A stretch of DNA of 62,151 bases, counting the filler, from Circinaria calcarea (Eukaryota): the NCBI GenBank assembly GCA_051942165.1. It is 3 parts of 3 records of this genome, joined end to end, with 100 filler letters (N's around TTAATTAATTAA, not from the genome) between each part and the next. Parts side by side here need not be neighbours in the genome. Positions count along the whole stretch, not along the records: positions 20,802 to 41,427 come from JAVECS010000168.1; positions 41,528 to 62,151 come from JAVECS010000169.1; 1 more part is not named here. One strand, given 5' to 3'. The notes beneath the pieces were generated by a model. That model searched no databases. It was not told where the DNA came from and saw only the letters and a program-made list of their open reading frames with translations. This document shows positions 37,068-50,197 of the stretch, one piece after another. Both the position numbers and the translations under genes were made by a program. Each line of letters begins with the position of its first letter. Within the stretch, counting starts at the first letter, position 1.

Positions 37068-38489
37068 ATGACAGCCTCCGCTGTGTTTCGACCTCGGGTG
37101 TTTCTCGATGTGCAAATCGGAGTGGATCCGGCAGGACGTCTAATCATTGAGCTGTTCAACGACAAAGCTCCCAAGACATGCGAGAAGTAAGTGTGGCCAC
37201 CATTCCAAATACCCACACCAGTTGTCAGAAGCGCTCGCTTTATTGATAGGAAGTGGAAGTGTAATTGACCTCGGACAGCTTTCGTATGCTATGTGCTCCC
37301 CCAGAAACCACCGAATCGTTGACCTACAAGCTCTCCCCATTTCACCGTATAATCGATGAGTTTATGGTGCAGGGAGGAGATATGACTTCAGGTGACGGGA
37401 GAGGAGGCCAGAGCATCTATGGTGGGGAGTTTGAGGATGAGAATATAGGATGGCGTGAGATTGACTCCAAAGGATTGGTCTGTATGGCCAATCGTGGCAA
37501 AGGAACGAATAGCAGTCAGTGAGTTCGACCTGCTCTGGAAGAATCATCTTCTGGAGGCTAGCAGGGTCTGACAACGTACCTTCAGATTCTTCATTACCTT
37601 GGCACCTTGCCAGCATCTGAATCCTAAGTACACCATCTTCGGACATGTCGTTTCTGGTATGGATGTTTTGGATAGATTAGCTAAGGTGAAGGTTGATAAG
37701 AACGATAGACCGTTCGAGGATGTCCTCATCTCCCGATGTGGAGAACTCGAGCGCCGACAGAAGAAACCGACCGTGGCTTCGCAGGCAGATTTTGGAGTAG
37801 GCGTTCGAGGTAAATCTTACGCAAGCTCAGATCGTGGTCGCAAACGGGTCAATCGGTCGCCATCCCCTAACCGTTCATCTTCGGAATCAATGGCATCTTC
37901 ACATGGTCATCATAAACACCGAAAACAATTTCGGAAATCGACATCCCCTAGTTTCCCTCTTACATCCTCGAATCGCCGCAGAAGTGATACAGAGATTGAC
38001 GAAACTCGCCGTGGCCGTGCACTCACGCGCTCTCCGTCCCCTTCAGCCTTGAAGGACACTTCAACGCAATCCCCTGTACAGCGTAACCATCGTCGTGAGC
38101 GAAGTCCCTCGCGCTCAAAATCTCGACGAGATTTTCCTTCTCCACGTCTCCGACGCCAGCATACACGGTCAAGGTCACGCTCGAGATCCTTTCAAAATGC
38201 GTACAGGCCTGCAGGCGGTCAGAAGCGTCGGATGGATGAAGATCAGTTTTGCAGAGAAGATGGGAAGCGAGATCGTCGCAGCGGTAGATTTGAGGGTGTC
38301 ATCGAGCAGGGCCACGGCAGTAGATCTGGTAACCGCAATGGAGGACTCCGTGAATGCGAACAACGGCAGGGTGATTACGGCTATAATGGCAGTACTAGTG
38401 GGAGGCTAGGGGTTGGCAACGGTGACGATATCGGGGGCGAAGTTCAATTCAAGGGTCGAGGGAGCATGAAATACAGAGAAAGACGATGA
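37068..38489 (+). CDS. Cyclophilin-type PPIase with RS-rich C-terminal tail
   Basis: RPRVFLDV..GRLIIELFNDKAPKTCEN|F...FHRIIDEFMVQGGD...SIYGGEFEDEN...MANRGKGTNSSQ|FFITL...HLNPKYTIFGHVVSG, followed by an Arg/Ser-rich tail ending FKGRGSMKYRE. Confidence 0.92.
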
Positions 38490-39050
38490 CGAGCCGACCT
38501 CACCGTCACAAACCCACGTTTTCCAAGCGTGCGTGCGACTTTCTTCTATGGCTACGGATTTGTAGCTTTTGGGAGCTGGGCTATGATACCCCTTTCTTGC
38601 GGTACTGTTACAGAATCGTTTATTGTATCTTGGGTGACTAGATAACAAGTCTATCGGTTGCAATGTATTATTCTGCCGTGACTTTCTTTGAATCCGGAAT
38701 TGCCACATTTTTCCCTGGGTATACAGTTCCAGGTAGCACGGTGAAAAAGCTCACTACCTTTGTACAATGAAGCTCAGTTGCCTGAAGTGAATTTGGCATA
38801 TTGGTATAATCCAAAGTTTTATTTGTACATTTGCTTAATGCAAGATCTGGCACTATGATAGTACGGTAGCCAATCGCCGTGATTCCGATTCGGATTTGTT
38901 TTCCATTATGTCATAAAGTCTCCGATACTCGGAGGCAGGAAAAGGTGATGGATAATAGAAAGATAAAAGACGGCCAAAAGACTGTAAATTGATATTTGTA
39001 CATTTGCTTGACTGTATCGTGCTGCTTAACGTGTTAATACCGTCGTCGCT

Positions 39051-41427
39051 ATGCCTTCTGCAGATTACAAGCCTCGGACTCTGTACGACAAGGTCTTCCA
39101 AGACCACATTGTTGACGAACGCGCAGATGGAACCATATTGCTTTATATAGGTACCATACATTCATCTACATATTGCCGCCCAGACGAGGCTCTGATATGC
39201 ACGTAGATAGACATCTCGTGCACGAAGTCACCTCCCCAGTCAGTACACTCGAGATCCTCACAGAATTATGGTGCTCACTAGTAGGCAGCAAGCTTTTGAG
39301 GGTCTCAGAAACGCAGGACGAAAGGTCCGGAGGCCAGACTGTACACTTGCTACTACGGATCATGTGTGTGCATCTTCTACCTGGGATATTGAGAAACGCA
39401 TGTTGACATCCCCAGAACGTACCTACGACACCGCGGAAGAATTTCAAGAACGTTGGCCAATTCGTTGAAGAAGCCGACTCTCGGACACAGTGTTTGACGC
39501 TCGAGGACAACGTCAAAAGGTTCGGTCTCACCTACTTTGGATTGGGCGATAAGAGACAGGGTATTGTACACATAATTGGGCCCGAACAAGGCTTCACGCT
39601 GCCTGGAACGACAGTGGTCTGCGGGGACAGCCACACCTCAACGCATGGCGCCTTTGGAGCGCTGGCTTTTGGTATCGGGACGAGTGAGGTGGAGCATGTC
39701 TTGGCCACCCAAACAATCATCACTAAACGCAGCAAGAATATGAGGATACAAGTTGACGGAGCCCTTCCACCGGGCGTTAGCAGCAAGGATATCATATTAC
39801 ATACAATTGGCGTAATAGGAACAGCAGGCGGTACTGGTGCCGTCATCGAATTTTGCGGATCAGCGATCAAGAGCCTCAGTATGGAAGCAAGAATGTCGAT
39901 ATGTAATATGTCAATTGAAGCAGGTGCACGAGCAGGCATGGTTGCGCCCGATCAGAGAACATTCGAATACCTCAAAGGCAGGCCCTTGGCTCCAAAGGTT
40001 GATAGTCCGGAATGGAAGAAAGCAATCAAGTATTGGTCAAGCTTGAAGTCTGATGAGGGTGCGAGCTACGATGAAGAAGTATTTATTGACGCCAAGGACA
40101 TTATTCCAACGGTATCATGGGGTACTTCGCCACAGGATGTTGTGCCTATCACCGGTATTGTCCCTGATCCAGAGGAGTGCAAGACCGAGGAAAAAAGGGA
40201 CAGTGCAAGGCGTGCATTAAAATATATGGGACTTACACCAGGCACACGCATGGAAGATATAGAGCTTGATAAGATATTCATTGGATCATGTACCAATGCT
40301 AGGATCGAAGATCTACGTGCTGCAGCTCACATTCTTGAAGGTCACAAGATTGCACCAAACCTGAAGCGAGCTATGATCGTTCCTGGTTCCGGTCTCGTTA
40401 AAGAGCAGGCAGAAGCAGAGGGTCTGGATAAAATCTTTATAGACGCTGGCTTCGAGTGGAGAGAAGCAGGTTGCTCCATGTGTCTTGGGATGAATCCAGA
40501 TATTCTGTCACCCAAGGAACGATGTGCCAGTACGTCGAATCGAAATTTCGAAGGTCGCCAAGGCGCTGGCGGACGAACACACTTAATGTCACCTGCAATG
40601 GCTGCTGCAGCTGCAATTGTCGGCAAGCTTACAGACGTAAGAAAGCTAGCTAATCGAGACGCCGCCCCTAGAAAGGCGTCTCCAACATTAGAACTAGGTC
40701 CCGAAGTCCCCGATCTTGATACGGAGGATGACTTTGATCGTCTGCTAGATCAACCAGAAGACAAAGAGCCTCATACTAACACCGCCTCACCAAAGCCCTC
40801 AGCCGGGTTACCCAAATTCACAAAGCTCAAAGGGATCGCTGCACCCATGGATCGAGCAAATATTGACACAGATGCCATTATTCCCAAACAATTCCTAAAG
40901 ACGATCAAGCGCACCGGCCTAGGTTCTTCTCTCTTTTATGCTCTACGGTATAATGAAGACGGGTCTGAAAAGCCAGACTTTGTTCTTAACAGAAAACCCT
41001 ATCGCAATGCAAAAATCCTCGTTGTAACCGGTCCGAACTTTGGCTGTGGCAGCTCCAGAGAACACGCACCCTGGGCTCTCCTCGATTTCGGCATTACCTG
41101 TATCATCGCTCCCTCTTACGCCGACATATTCTTCAACAATACCTTTAAGAACGGCATGCTCCCCCTCGTAATCCCCGACCAATCCACCCTCCTCAGAATT
41201 GCCGAAGAAGCCCGGCAGGGCCGTGAGATTGAGGTGGACCTGGTCAATCAGCACGTCAATGACGCTTCTGGGAACAAACTAGCCGACTTCGAGGTGGAGG
41301 AATTTCGGAAACATTGTCTGGTGAACGGCCTGGATGATATCGGCTTGACGATGCAGATGGAGGAAGAGATCAAGAAGTTTGAGGCTAGGAGAACGAGGGA
41401 TACGCCGTGGTTGGATGGCAGTGGATA
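39051..41427 (+). CDS. LEU1: 3-isopropylmalate dehydratase (fused large and small subunits), 3' end lost in gap
   Basis: [83 protein letters not shown] and [13 protein letters not shown]. Confidence 0.97.
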
Positions 41428-41527
41428 NNNNNNNNNNNNNNNNNNNNNNNNNNNNNNNNNNNNNNNNNNNNTTAATTAATTAANNNNNNNNNNNNNNNNN
41501 NNNNNNNNNNNNNNNNNNNNNNNNNNN
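41428..41527. other. Assembly gap with TTAATTAATTAA spacer
   Basis: Same artificial N-linker as at 20.7 kb. Confidence 0.98.
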
Positions 41528-41528
41528 C

Positions 41529-42350
41529 TCATTTGCTCCAGGGCATGCCTCGGCCTCACCGTTCCTTCGCCTTCCTCCCGAAATCCGTGATCGAATATAC
41601 TCCTTCATCTTCGTGAACAGATTTGTGATTCGGATTCACAAGATACCTCATCGCCTTACTCAAACTCATTGCCTTTACCCATACACTTGGGACGAACATC
41701 GACATCTGAGATCCGGCCCTCATCATTGTCGTGGATATCCCTTTCCTTCGGCCTCTGAACCGCAAAGCCTCGGTTTATCCCTCATCAAGACATGCCGTCA
41801 GGTCTATCACGAGGTCACCTCTCTCATCTACTCTACTAATACGTTTGAGATCGATCATCTCGATAATTTGATTTACCTGAACCAGACCATCATACCCCAT
41901 CGGATGGCGAGCATCAAATACATGCAAGTAAGCTGGAGCTTTTTCTGGCTCCCTCTATGCGATAGTGTTAGGCTCCCGGCAACGGACCGACCAATGGACG
42001 ATGAAACCTGGTTGCGATTCTGGAATATAATTGCCACCAGGATGCCAGGACTCGTTGGTCTAGATCTCACCTTCCGGCTCTTTCGGGGCCCATACGAACA
42101 TGAAAAAATCTGGCTGAAGCCAATCATGAAAGTCAGAGGGCTGCAGCAATTTATACTGGAGATAGTCTATCAGAATTACGAGATGATTAATGAGGACGGC
42201 CCAAGTGATGATGTTCTCAAATTCAGGAAAGAGGTTGAAGCTGTGGTTTGCCAACCACGAAACCGCAAGTTGTGGAGGGCGCGGAGTTTCGACAAGTCTA
42301 TGAACGGTGAGAGTAACTTAAGGGTTCTGTCAGGATTAGGAACGTCATAG
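41529..42350 (+). CDS. F-box-like fungal hypothetical protein, 5'-truncated by gap
   Basis: Open frame from the gap: SPFLRLPPEIRDRIY...LSLIKTCRQVYHEVTSLIYSTNTF...W..FW..IA..MPGL..L...WLKPI. Confidence 0.75.
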   Translation, partial: SFAPGHASASPFLRLPPEIRDRIYSFIFVNRFVIRIHKIPHRLTQTHCLYPYTWDEHRHLRSGPHHCRGYPFPSASEPQSLGLSLIKTCRQVYHEVTSLIYSTNTFEIDHLDNLIYLNQTIIPHRMASIKYMQVSWSFFWLPLCDSVRLPATDRPMDDETWLRFWNIIATRMPGLVGLDLTFRLFRGPYEHEKIWLKPIMKVRGLQQFILEIVYQNYEMINEDGPSDDVLKFRKEVEAVVCQPRNRKLWRARSFDKSMNGESNLRVLSGLGTS

Positions 42351-44875
42351 CACGACTGTCGCATGGCACAAGGTGTGGTTGTATCCGGATAGCGGAGATT
42401 GCTGCTCGACCTGGCACAAGTCATCCTCGAAGAACGCCCATGTACAAATAAGATACCATCCGGGCCGTGTCGAAGTGCTGATGGGACTGCATCACGCTAC
42501 GATGCTCGTTCCTGGGGTGGTGCCCATGAAGCCGTCCCTCTGATCGCCTATCATCTACTCGGTAACGACTTCTCTCCCCCTATGAGGGAATTCGACCAGT
42601 CTCTGAGCCTGCGTCAGCATGAGCCTTGAAACGTCAGGGTTTTGAGGCGGGGCACATTGGGGTGTGCGGGAAATATGTGAATGTGGAGTGCATTAGGACT
42701 ATGATTACTACCGCGGCAGTGACCCGGAACATGAGTACGACTTACCATGCCGATGCACCTTGCGAGGCCGACGCATACTACCTAAATGAACGGCTGCTAG
42801 GCTAGTATTTGTAGCTTTTGAAGAGGTAGGCACATGCCCTCTGCCTCGGTATGGTACTCGGCTCCATCATTTCGGAGACGCGTATTTTCTCCACAAGGTT
42901 ACATTCTAACTAGGACGGCCAGCTCCCTGAAGCAATGCTATGCAGGCCACGTAAGATGAAAGAATGAAATCGCGCCGTCGAGCAACTCCGTTACTTTGCC
43001 GTCCATTCTGGACAGTGTGAATACCATCGTGGAAAGATACAGCAGGATCTAGCCGAAGAACGCATGGGATGAACGAAATGGATCTGGGGGGCATACCGCC
43101 TGTGCGAGCGGGTCGAATATGAATTGCGGGGAAATTCCAGACTACTCGTGCCTGCCAAGACATGATTAACGTTGTTCTGAGGGAGTCTGGAAGTTGAAAG
43201 CGGTATGAAGTTGTAGATAAGGACCCTTAATGGCCCCCACAATTGGACAGAGGCGCGATGACCGATTCAGCACTGGATCTGGAATTATTACGGTGGGAGC
43301 GGTAGCAGGACGGGCTCGGCGGGGGATGCGTGGGCAGCGTTGATCCATCAGGATGAGGCTGTGGAGATGATGATGGCCGTTGGGTATCTTACAGAGTGGG
43401 GAGACTTTGCGCCGGCCTGGTGGCTGTTCTTGCTGATGCATGTTGGGTTTCGCTGGAGTGGTCGGGCCCTCCCCAACTCTATGCCCAATTTTGATTGACG
43501 GCTCCAACTTTCCAGTCTCGGATTTCTTTACTTCCACCAGAGAATGGTAGTATACCTACCCCGGTAGTCGTGACAAAGTGACAACTCCCACTCGGGCCAG
43601 TTGTACCTGAGAGGAGTAAGAGGCTGCTATTCTAACCCCGTGAGCACGTTTCAGCCATGCAAGGACAAGCTCCTCTTCTCGTCCCTGATTGCATTCAGCC
43701 CTCATCCCCAATGTAACACGGAGAAAACGTGAGCCAACCCGAGCCTTGCCATGCCGGCCCCAGTCTGCCAGTCCAATCCGCTCGCGGTGCTTCCCCACAT
43801 GCGCGATCACGGTAGGACTTTGATGCCTTGACGTCGGATGAGAGCGTGTGGGGGGCATTGGCGATCCGACCCCGTCCCACACGACGAAGCCTTTGATACG
43901 ACGCCTTCCACCCTCACTAACGTTCGCGGGCCCGATCCTCCCAACCAGATCTGGACCTATTCCCACGCCTCACGGTCATCCCCCCTTTCCCTTACGTCCG
44001 ATACTTTTTTTTCTTCTGTCCTTCGGGGAGCAGATAGTACACACACTGTCCATCATCCGCGCCCCGGCCCATCCTTCCCACCCTCCCGGATACCGCAACC
44101 ATGCATGCGTGCTGCAGGCGGCCTTATGATACGCCCGACAAAAGATAACAGCTTGATTACGAAGTCTTCTCCCCCCACACCATGCATTTGCTCTGCAGGC
44201 AGGCAGCATTCCCTAGCACGTGTGGCCCCCAGATTGTTCCCAATTCACCCATTGTGACCTGATGGAAGAGAAGGTCGGGCTTGAGAGTCGCAAGGATTAG
44301 AAGATTGGCTTTCTATTTATCATGGTGCTCCCTCGTTCCACCATTCCCAAATCGCTCAAGGGAAGCGAGGTTAGATGGGTACATGGGGGAAGCAATATGG
44401 AGCTGTCCCCGAGTTGGGATCGGAAGGTCTTTCGGTCATCCTTTTCCGTGTGAGCCGGGATGCGACACGCTTTGGAGCCTGTGATGTTGTCGTTGCTTTG
44501 CCAGCAGGGCCCTCAAGCCACAGAGGCGGAGGAACATTGGCAGGATAGCGGCGGGAGCTGGCATGTAACAGATGCGGTCTGGGGAAGTGTGCGATTAGAA
44601 ATCAAGGGAGCAACAGATGTTCTAATAAGAAGGCTCCGCGCCTCTCTCCCACGCGTCTCTCAGAAGCCCTTTCCTCCCTTGCGTGCCCTCAGCTCCTTTT
44701 TTCTTTCTCTTCCCCTTCGTCGATGACCAGCAAATTAAAAATTCCAACGCATTCGGATGACTTCATAGGCCGCTCGACCGCTCCATCTATAAATAAACTG
44801 ACCCTATCATCGGGCAACAAAGCAGCTTTCCAGCTAAAGCGGAATCCCAGCCCAATTGCCATCAGCCCAGTAATG

Positions 44876-46442
44876 TTTTAGTGTTCCCCACAATATTCTC
44901 ACTCACGAGCTCCGAAGAAGGCAAATACTATAGCGCCGCAAGCTGAAAGGCCCCATCTTATTTCCACATCCAACAAAATCAAATCATTCAGTCAGGAATC
45001 CGCGCTCTCGGGCAGACGTACGCAAAACCAAAAACCAACGGTTGCCCCTCCCTTTTCGTTCCGGCACTTGACTTCTCGCACTCCGCTTAGCCCTAAGGGA
45101 AATCAGCTGTGGAAATAAGGCCTTTACGTCCCCTTTGTCGACGATCTGGCCGAGGATCAAAATTCCTGCACCAATCTTGCGTGCACTGGATAGGATACAA
45201 TCTCATCATCCGCCCCGATTCAACTAGCACCGCAAAGTATCTATTGCAGCCAGTACCTGCATTTCAGCTGGCCGTTGGCTTCGAGTCTCTCTGCCATCCT
45301 CTTCTTAACCGCTGTCGCTGTCGTCATTACCGTCGCCGTTTTTTCTTGTTGACTACCTCACAGTCTCCATCCGCCACCTTAGACTCCTCGACGGCACGGC
45401 GTTGCATCGCAGTCGCAACCGGCTTCAGTATCGGCCCTTTAAGAGCCGTGGACGGTGAAGCGTGAAGCGGGGGACATTGGACTCTGGAACAGCTCAACAC
45501 TACCCAACGCCAAGCGACTGACTCCTTTATTTGGTTCACCGTCTCACCAACGGAGGCATCTCCACACTCTGCTCCGCACTAAGGTAGAGCCGCGAAAGTC
45601 CAAGGTAACTGGCTGGATTCCCGCATATTGACCAGCACACTACGCATGTTTCTGCTTTCCGCTATCAAAACCAGCCCAATCTGTCGGCTCTTCCTCTTTC
45701 CCCACATCAAGTCAATCGAGAATTCACACCAGCATCAGCTGCCTGTTCTCCGCTCCACCTTTTCGGAAAACTAGGCCGGTTGCTTGCGCAAGCATCTGTC
45801 CCTGCTTTTACCCAGGGAAGCTCTGCAACGTTCCGACGCTCCGGCAAGACACCTTATCACGCGATCCTCTCCGCTCTCAGCGCCATCTTCATCCTCAAAA
45901 GGTTTCGGATCTCCTGCCACTTGGCAAAGTGGCAGCGTGATTTTCAGCTAACCACGCCGCCTTTGGGGGTCTAAGAAAAGACAACTCTTAGAAGGTAGTG
46001 GGTCCTCGAGAGTTAGATTACCTTATACGCGGCCTGTCAATTAGGCTACCAGCGGGACCTCCACCAAAGACTCCACTCGTGGTCCAATCGCATCGAGCAG
46101 GAAGAAGGGATTCGCCGTCGCTAAAGCACTGCCTTAAAGCTTCCTAAGCCTAAACCGCCCTTCCGGCCGATCCTCGTTTTTCTCTCCGGTCCAAGCCGAT
46201 ATCACCTCTACCAACTATCCCTGTCCATCTCTGCGGTGTGACGCATTTGCAAAGCTGCAAAGCAAAGGACGGCGGTTGGAAGAAAGGATTCCCAGTCGGG
46301 CAATCACCTCGATTTACAGCTCACCTGGTTTGACAACACCAGCTTTGTTGATATCATCGACTACACCACTCTTCCCAGGTTCGTGCGATAGTCTAACGCT
46401 TTTCAAGGGTTGACCCTTTTTGCGCGGAGCGCCCGCTGTCAC
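44876..46442 (+). promoter_or_regulatory. Long AUG-depleted putative 5' leader / regulatory region of creA
   Basis: TATAAATA at about 44788, only one plus-strand ATG (45646) in about 1.57 kb, several SYGGRG sites and a perfect hairpin at 45914-45935. Confidence 0.55.
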
Positions 46443-47909
46443 ATGCAACGCGCCTCATCTGCGGTGGATTTCTTAAATCTGCTGAACCCCAAGTCACCTC
46501 CGCATACAAGGGAAGAAGGACAGAATATCGGATTCTACCATCACCAGGAAGACGGCATGGCTGCTGCGGTAGGGACGATGGGAGTACCGCGGTTGGTGGG
46601 AGGCCTACACTCAGGTCCAGATGACCGACAAGATTTACCTCGACCATACAAATGCCCACTGTGTGATAAAGCGTTCCATCGGCTGGAACATCAAACAAGA
46701 CATATACGAACCCATACGGGCGAGAAACCGCACGGCTGCCAGTTTCCCGGTTGTACTAAACGGTTCAGTCGATCGGATGAGCTTACCCGGCATTCACGAA
46801 TACACAATAATCCAAACTCGAGACGAAGCAACAAATCACACAATGCTGCGGCAGTGGCCAACTACGCTCAGGAGCATGCATCTGCTCTGATGATGCCTCC
46901 GCCTCGGAAATCAATGTCGCAGTCGGCACCAACTTCAAAGGTCGGTTCGCCGAATGTTTCCCCACCGCATTCGTATTCTGCCTACTCCACCCACATGCCA
47001 TCCACCTTGGGACCGTTTGCTCGACACGACGATGGCGGAAGCCCGAGTAACAATCCTCTCGATATCAATCTACTTGCTACTGCTGCCTCCCAAGTGGAGC
47101 GAGAAGATTCACTCCCCGCATCCGCATCAGTATCTCATCCCAGCGTGGCCCGACATCATTACCAACCCCATCAGCATCAACATCATCCATATTACACCTC
47201 CCGATTACCTTCAATCTCCACCTACGCCTTCGGTCCATCCGCTAGTATGTCACGGTCCAATTCCGATCACGAAGACCCTTCTCATCTTCGCCCATCTCAC
47301 TCCCAAAAACGCTCCCACCCATCATCTCCACAATCAACCGCGCCTTCATCTCCCACTTTCTCCCACGATTCACTTTCCCCAACTCCCGACCACACCCCTC
47401 TCGCCACCCCGGCACATTCGCCTCGCCTCCGTCCGTATGCCTTTACGTCCACAGGCCTATCCTCCTCAAATTCCTCAACAAGTGTCTTAAGCGATATGGC
47501 GGCCCCTATGTCAATGCCTCTCGCCACATCCATGTTCGCTCACCATCTACCGTCAATTCGAAATCTCTCCCTAGCACAACAGGTTCCCGCCCTTGCGCCC
47601 ATGGAGCCTCCTGCCGGTGAAGGTCCTTCTCCCCCATATTATATCAATCACCCAACGAATAACACATCTACGTCAAACCAGGGTTCTCCGTATGGGAGCT
47701 ATAGTGGGATTGGCATGCAACATATGCAAAGCCAGGGTGGTAGGATTACCGAGATTATGAGTCGCACGGATGGTGCCCAAAGGAAGCTACCGGTACCCAA
47801 GATTAGGGAGGTAGGGGTTCAAGAGTTGATGATGGGGGGATTCGGAGGCGGCGGGATTGGAAGTGGGGTAAGTAGCAAGGAAGGAAGTGTGGCTGGTGGC
47901 GAGTTTTGA
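46443..47909 (+). CDS. creA: Carbon catabolite repressor CreA (C2H2 zinc finger)
   Basis: [15 protein letters not shown] start, fingers [54 protein letters not shown], and [43 protein letters not shown] and QRKLPVP. Confidence 0.97.
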   Translation: MQRASSAVDFLNLLNPKSPPHTREEGQNIGFYHHQEDGMAAAVGTMGVPRLVGGLHSGPDDRQDLPRPYKCPLCDKAFHRLEHQTRHIRTHTGEKPHGCQFPGCTKRFSRSDELTRHSRIHNNPNSRRSNKSHNAAAVANYAQEHASALMMPPPRKSMSQSAPTSKVGSPNVSPPHSYSAYSTHMPSTLGPFARHDDGGSPSNNPLDINLLATAASQVEREDSLPASASVSHPSVARHHYQPHQHQHHPYYTSRLPSISTYAFGPSASMSRSNSDHEDPSHLRPSHSQKRSHPSSPQSTAPSSPTFSHDSLSPTPDHTPLATPAHSPRLRPYAFTSTGLSSSNSSTSVLSDMAAPMSMPLATSMFAHHLPSIRNLSLAQQVPALAPMEPPAGEGPSPPYYINHPTNNTSTSNQGSPYGSYSGIGMQHMQSQGGRITEIMSRTDGAQRKLPVPKIREVGVQELMMGGFGGGGIGSGVSSKEGSVAGGEF

Positions 47910-48419
47910 GAGAGTCGTGCAAGCAGGAATGAACATTCAGGATAGTTGGAACATTCACTGGGCATGTTCCCAGGATGATACTGCCTCAAAACGCACCTTA
48001 CGACGCGCCACTAATCATCCTTCAATCTCTACTCACAATCATCGTCATCATAAGGTCTCGGCCCATAGAAACCGAAGCTTCTTGAAGATTGATACAACCC
48101 ATCTTATCCAGGCTGATGACTGAGCAACTTTTTATTCTACCGACCTCGCACCTCTAATAGACATGGCGAGCAATTTGGTGAATAGGAATAGGAGTGATAA
48201 TTCACTGACTTGGGAATGGAGCGGAAATTGGAAGGCACAGATAGACTCGGCTATTTCCCTGGGTGATAATTCTGCGATACCGAATCTTACTCTTTTCTTC
48301 GTTTTCAGCGAAAGCGTAGGCCGGCTGGCCAGGGGGTGGGAAATTTTTTAGATATACCAATTTGCGCGCTGGGACTCTGTTTGAGCAGAGTTTATAGACA
48401 AGCCTAGTTCCATTCAATC

Positions 48420-48453
48420 ACATCTTGAGAGCAATTACATCTTGAGAGCAGTT
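48420..48453. repeat. 17-bp tandem duplication
   Basis: ACATCTTGAGAGCAATT followed by ACATCTTGAGAGCAGTT. Confidence 0.8.
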
Positions 48454-48620
48454 CCATAAAACTGATTTATATTCCAGAGTCGAAGAGTAAGCAATCTTCT
48501 ACCAGTAGAAGGAAGTCGCTGAACTCGGCAGTGGAGGTGTAAATACTAAAAGGTCAAATGAGCGCTTGGACCAGGTCTAATGAAAGGAGATGTATAAAAA
48601 TGTCCCCAGTCCGCCTTTCA

Positions 48621-50197
48621 ATGGCTATCAACTTTGGACATAATCTCTATCCCATGGAAGATAAGGATGTCTCCAATTTCACCTCTTCTTCTTCTCGTAG
48701 GTCACAATGAAACCTCTATTCCCATTATCTGCTTACAGTCCACAGACCGATTGCCTACCGTGTCAGCATCTCAGGCTCTTCAAAACTTCAACTCTTCACG
48801 ACATCGAGCCATTTCGACCGGCTTACCGCAGCTAGATGGGCTTCTACAGAGCGGGGAGTCTACCTCGGCCAGCCAGCATGTTCTGCGTGGCGGGCTTTCA
48901 CGGGGTCAGGTGACCGAAATTTATGGGCCGCCTGGGGTTAGAATAATTCCTGGACACCTTCATTATACCATGTCTAATTCCAAGCATAGGTTGGGAAAAC
49001 TACGATGGCGTGCGTGAGCTCCCCTGATCACGCTTCTGGTGGTCTTGCCCGGGGGAAATGATGCCCCTCATCTTGCCCAGTGCTCGACCCCTTTGTGTCC
49101 ATGCTTATATTGCAAAGTATGCAAGCAGCCGCCAGCTCACTCCACGCAAGTAAATGTGTTACTTGGATAGGTCAGTTGGAAAAAATAAACATGAAAAATA
49201 GCTGTGGGTGGGATATTGGCAAAATGTTCTTTCTGACCACGGGCAAGATAGATACAACGTACGCCATGATCGGACCAAGGTTCATAGACATTCTCTCCAA
49301 TTATCGTTTACCGGATGATCACGAATTGCCATCATCTCCACCTGCAGCCCTCTCGATGCAGGAGTTGCTGGAAAAGTTTAGCCACTTTGTCACCCCTACG
49401 CTACCACACTTACTCGCCCTACTGGCGCACCCATCTCCATCATTTCCACCAGAAGACACAAGCCTTATCATCATAGAATCGGTCTCAACGCTATTGGCGA
49501 CTGCGTTTCCCCGAGTAGTTGAGGCTTATGATAGTAAGCTAACCCCGACTAAGAAGAACGAACCTACTCAATGGGCATCATCTAGAAAATGGTCCGTGAT
49601 GGGGGACTTTGTCACTCGATTGGGCAAGCTAGCTGCGATCCGGAATATCGCCATCCTCCTGACCAGTCAAACCACCACCAAAGTCCGAGCAGAGACTGGG
49701 GCCGTCCTTTATCCTGCCATCACTACTAAAGCTTGGGATGTGGGGGTCAACAGTCGGATCGTCCTCTTTCGAGATTGGCCGCCAAGTACCAAGGACGATG
49801 CAATCCGAGGCTGCCACAGTGACGCGGTGAGGTTCGCTGCAGTGATCAAAGCAGGGGGAGTCTCGCGTGATGGTATAGGCCGAGTGGTACCCTTTAGGAT
49901 TGAGAAGGTACTTTACAGGAAGCATGGAGTCAGTTGTTCACTAATTGGATATAGTACGGCCTGCACGAAATTTCAATCGACCTGGGTCTCGATCGAGCGA
50001 TTCCCATTCCTGCTGTCCCGACTCCAAGCCTGAAACGGAAACGAGATGAGATTGCTGACAGTCAGTCCGAGGAAGGAGAAGCAGGTTCAGATGAAGAATA
50101 TGGATGGGAAGGCGACGACGACCCGCTGGTAGGAGAGGATCTCTCTGATAGCAGTCCGAATCTTAACGACACCGTAACCGATCGACATGTGGATTGA
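48621..50197 (+). CDS. Rad51 paralog, Rad55/Rhp55-like DNA repair protein
   Basis: HRLPTVSASQAL, ISTGLPQLDGLL, GGLSRGQVTEIYGPPG|VGKT (Walker A split by an intron), LIIIESVS and an acidic tail KRKRDEIADSQSEE. Confidence 0.85.

Noticed and set aside
42400..44800. Many 60-140 aa ORFs upstream of creA
   Set aside because: Expected by chance in GC-rich regulatory DNA; no protein-like features.
46410..46442. TTG-initiated extension of CreA
   Set aside because: The conserved MQRA.SAVDF start is at 46443 and nothing here supports the extension.
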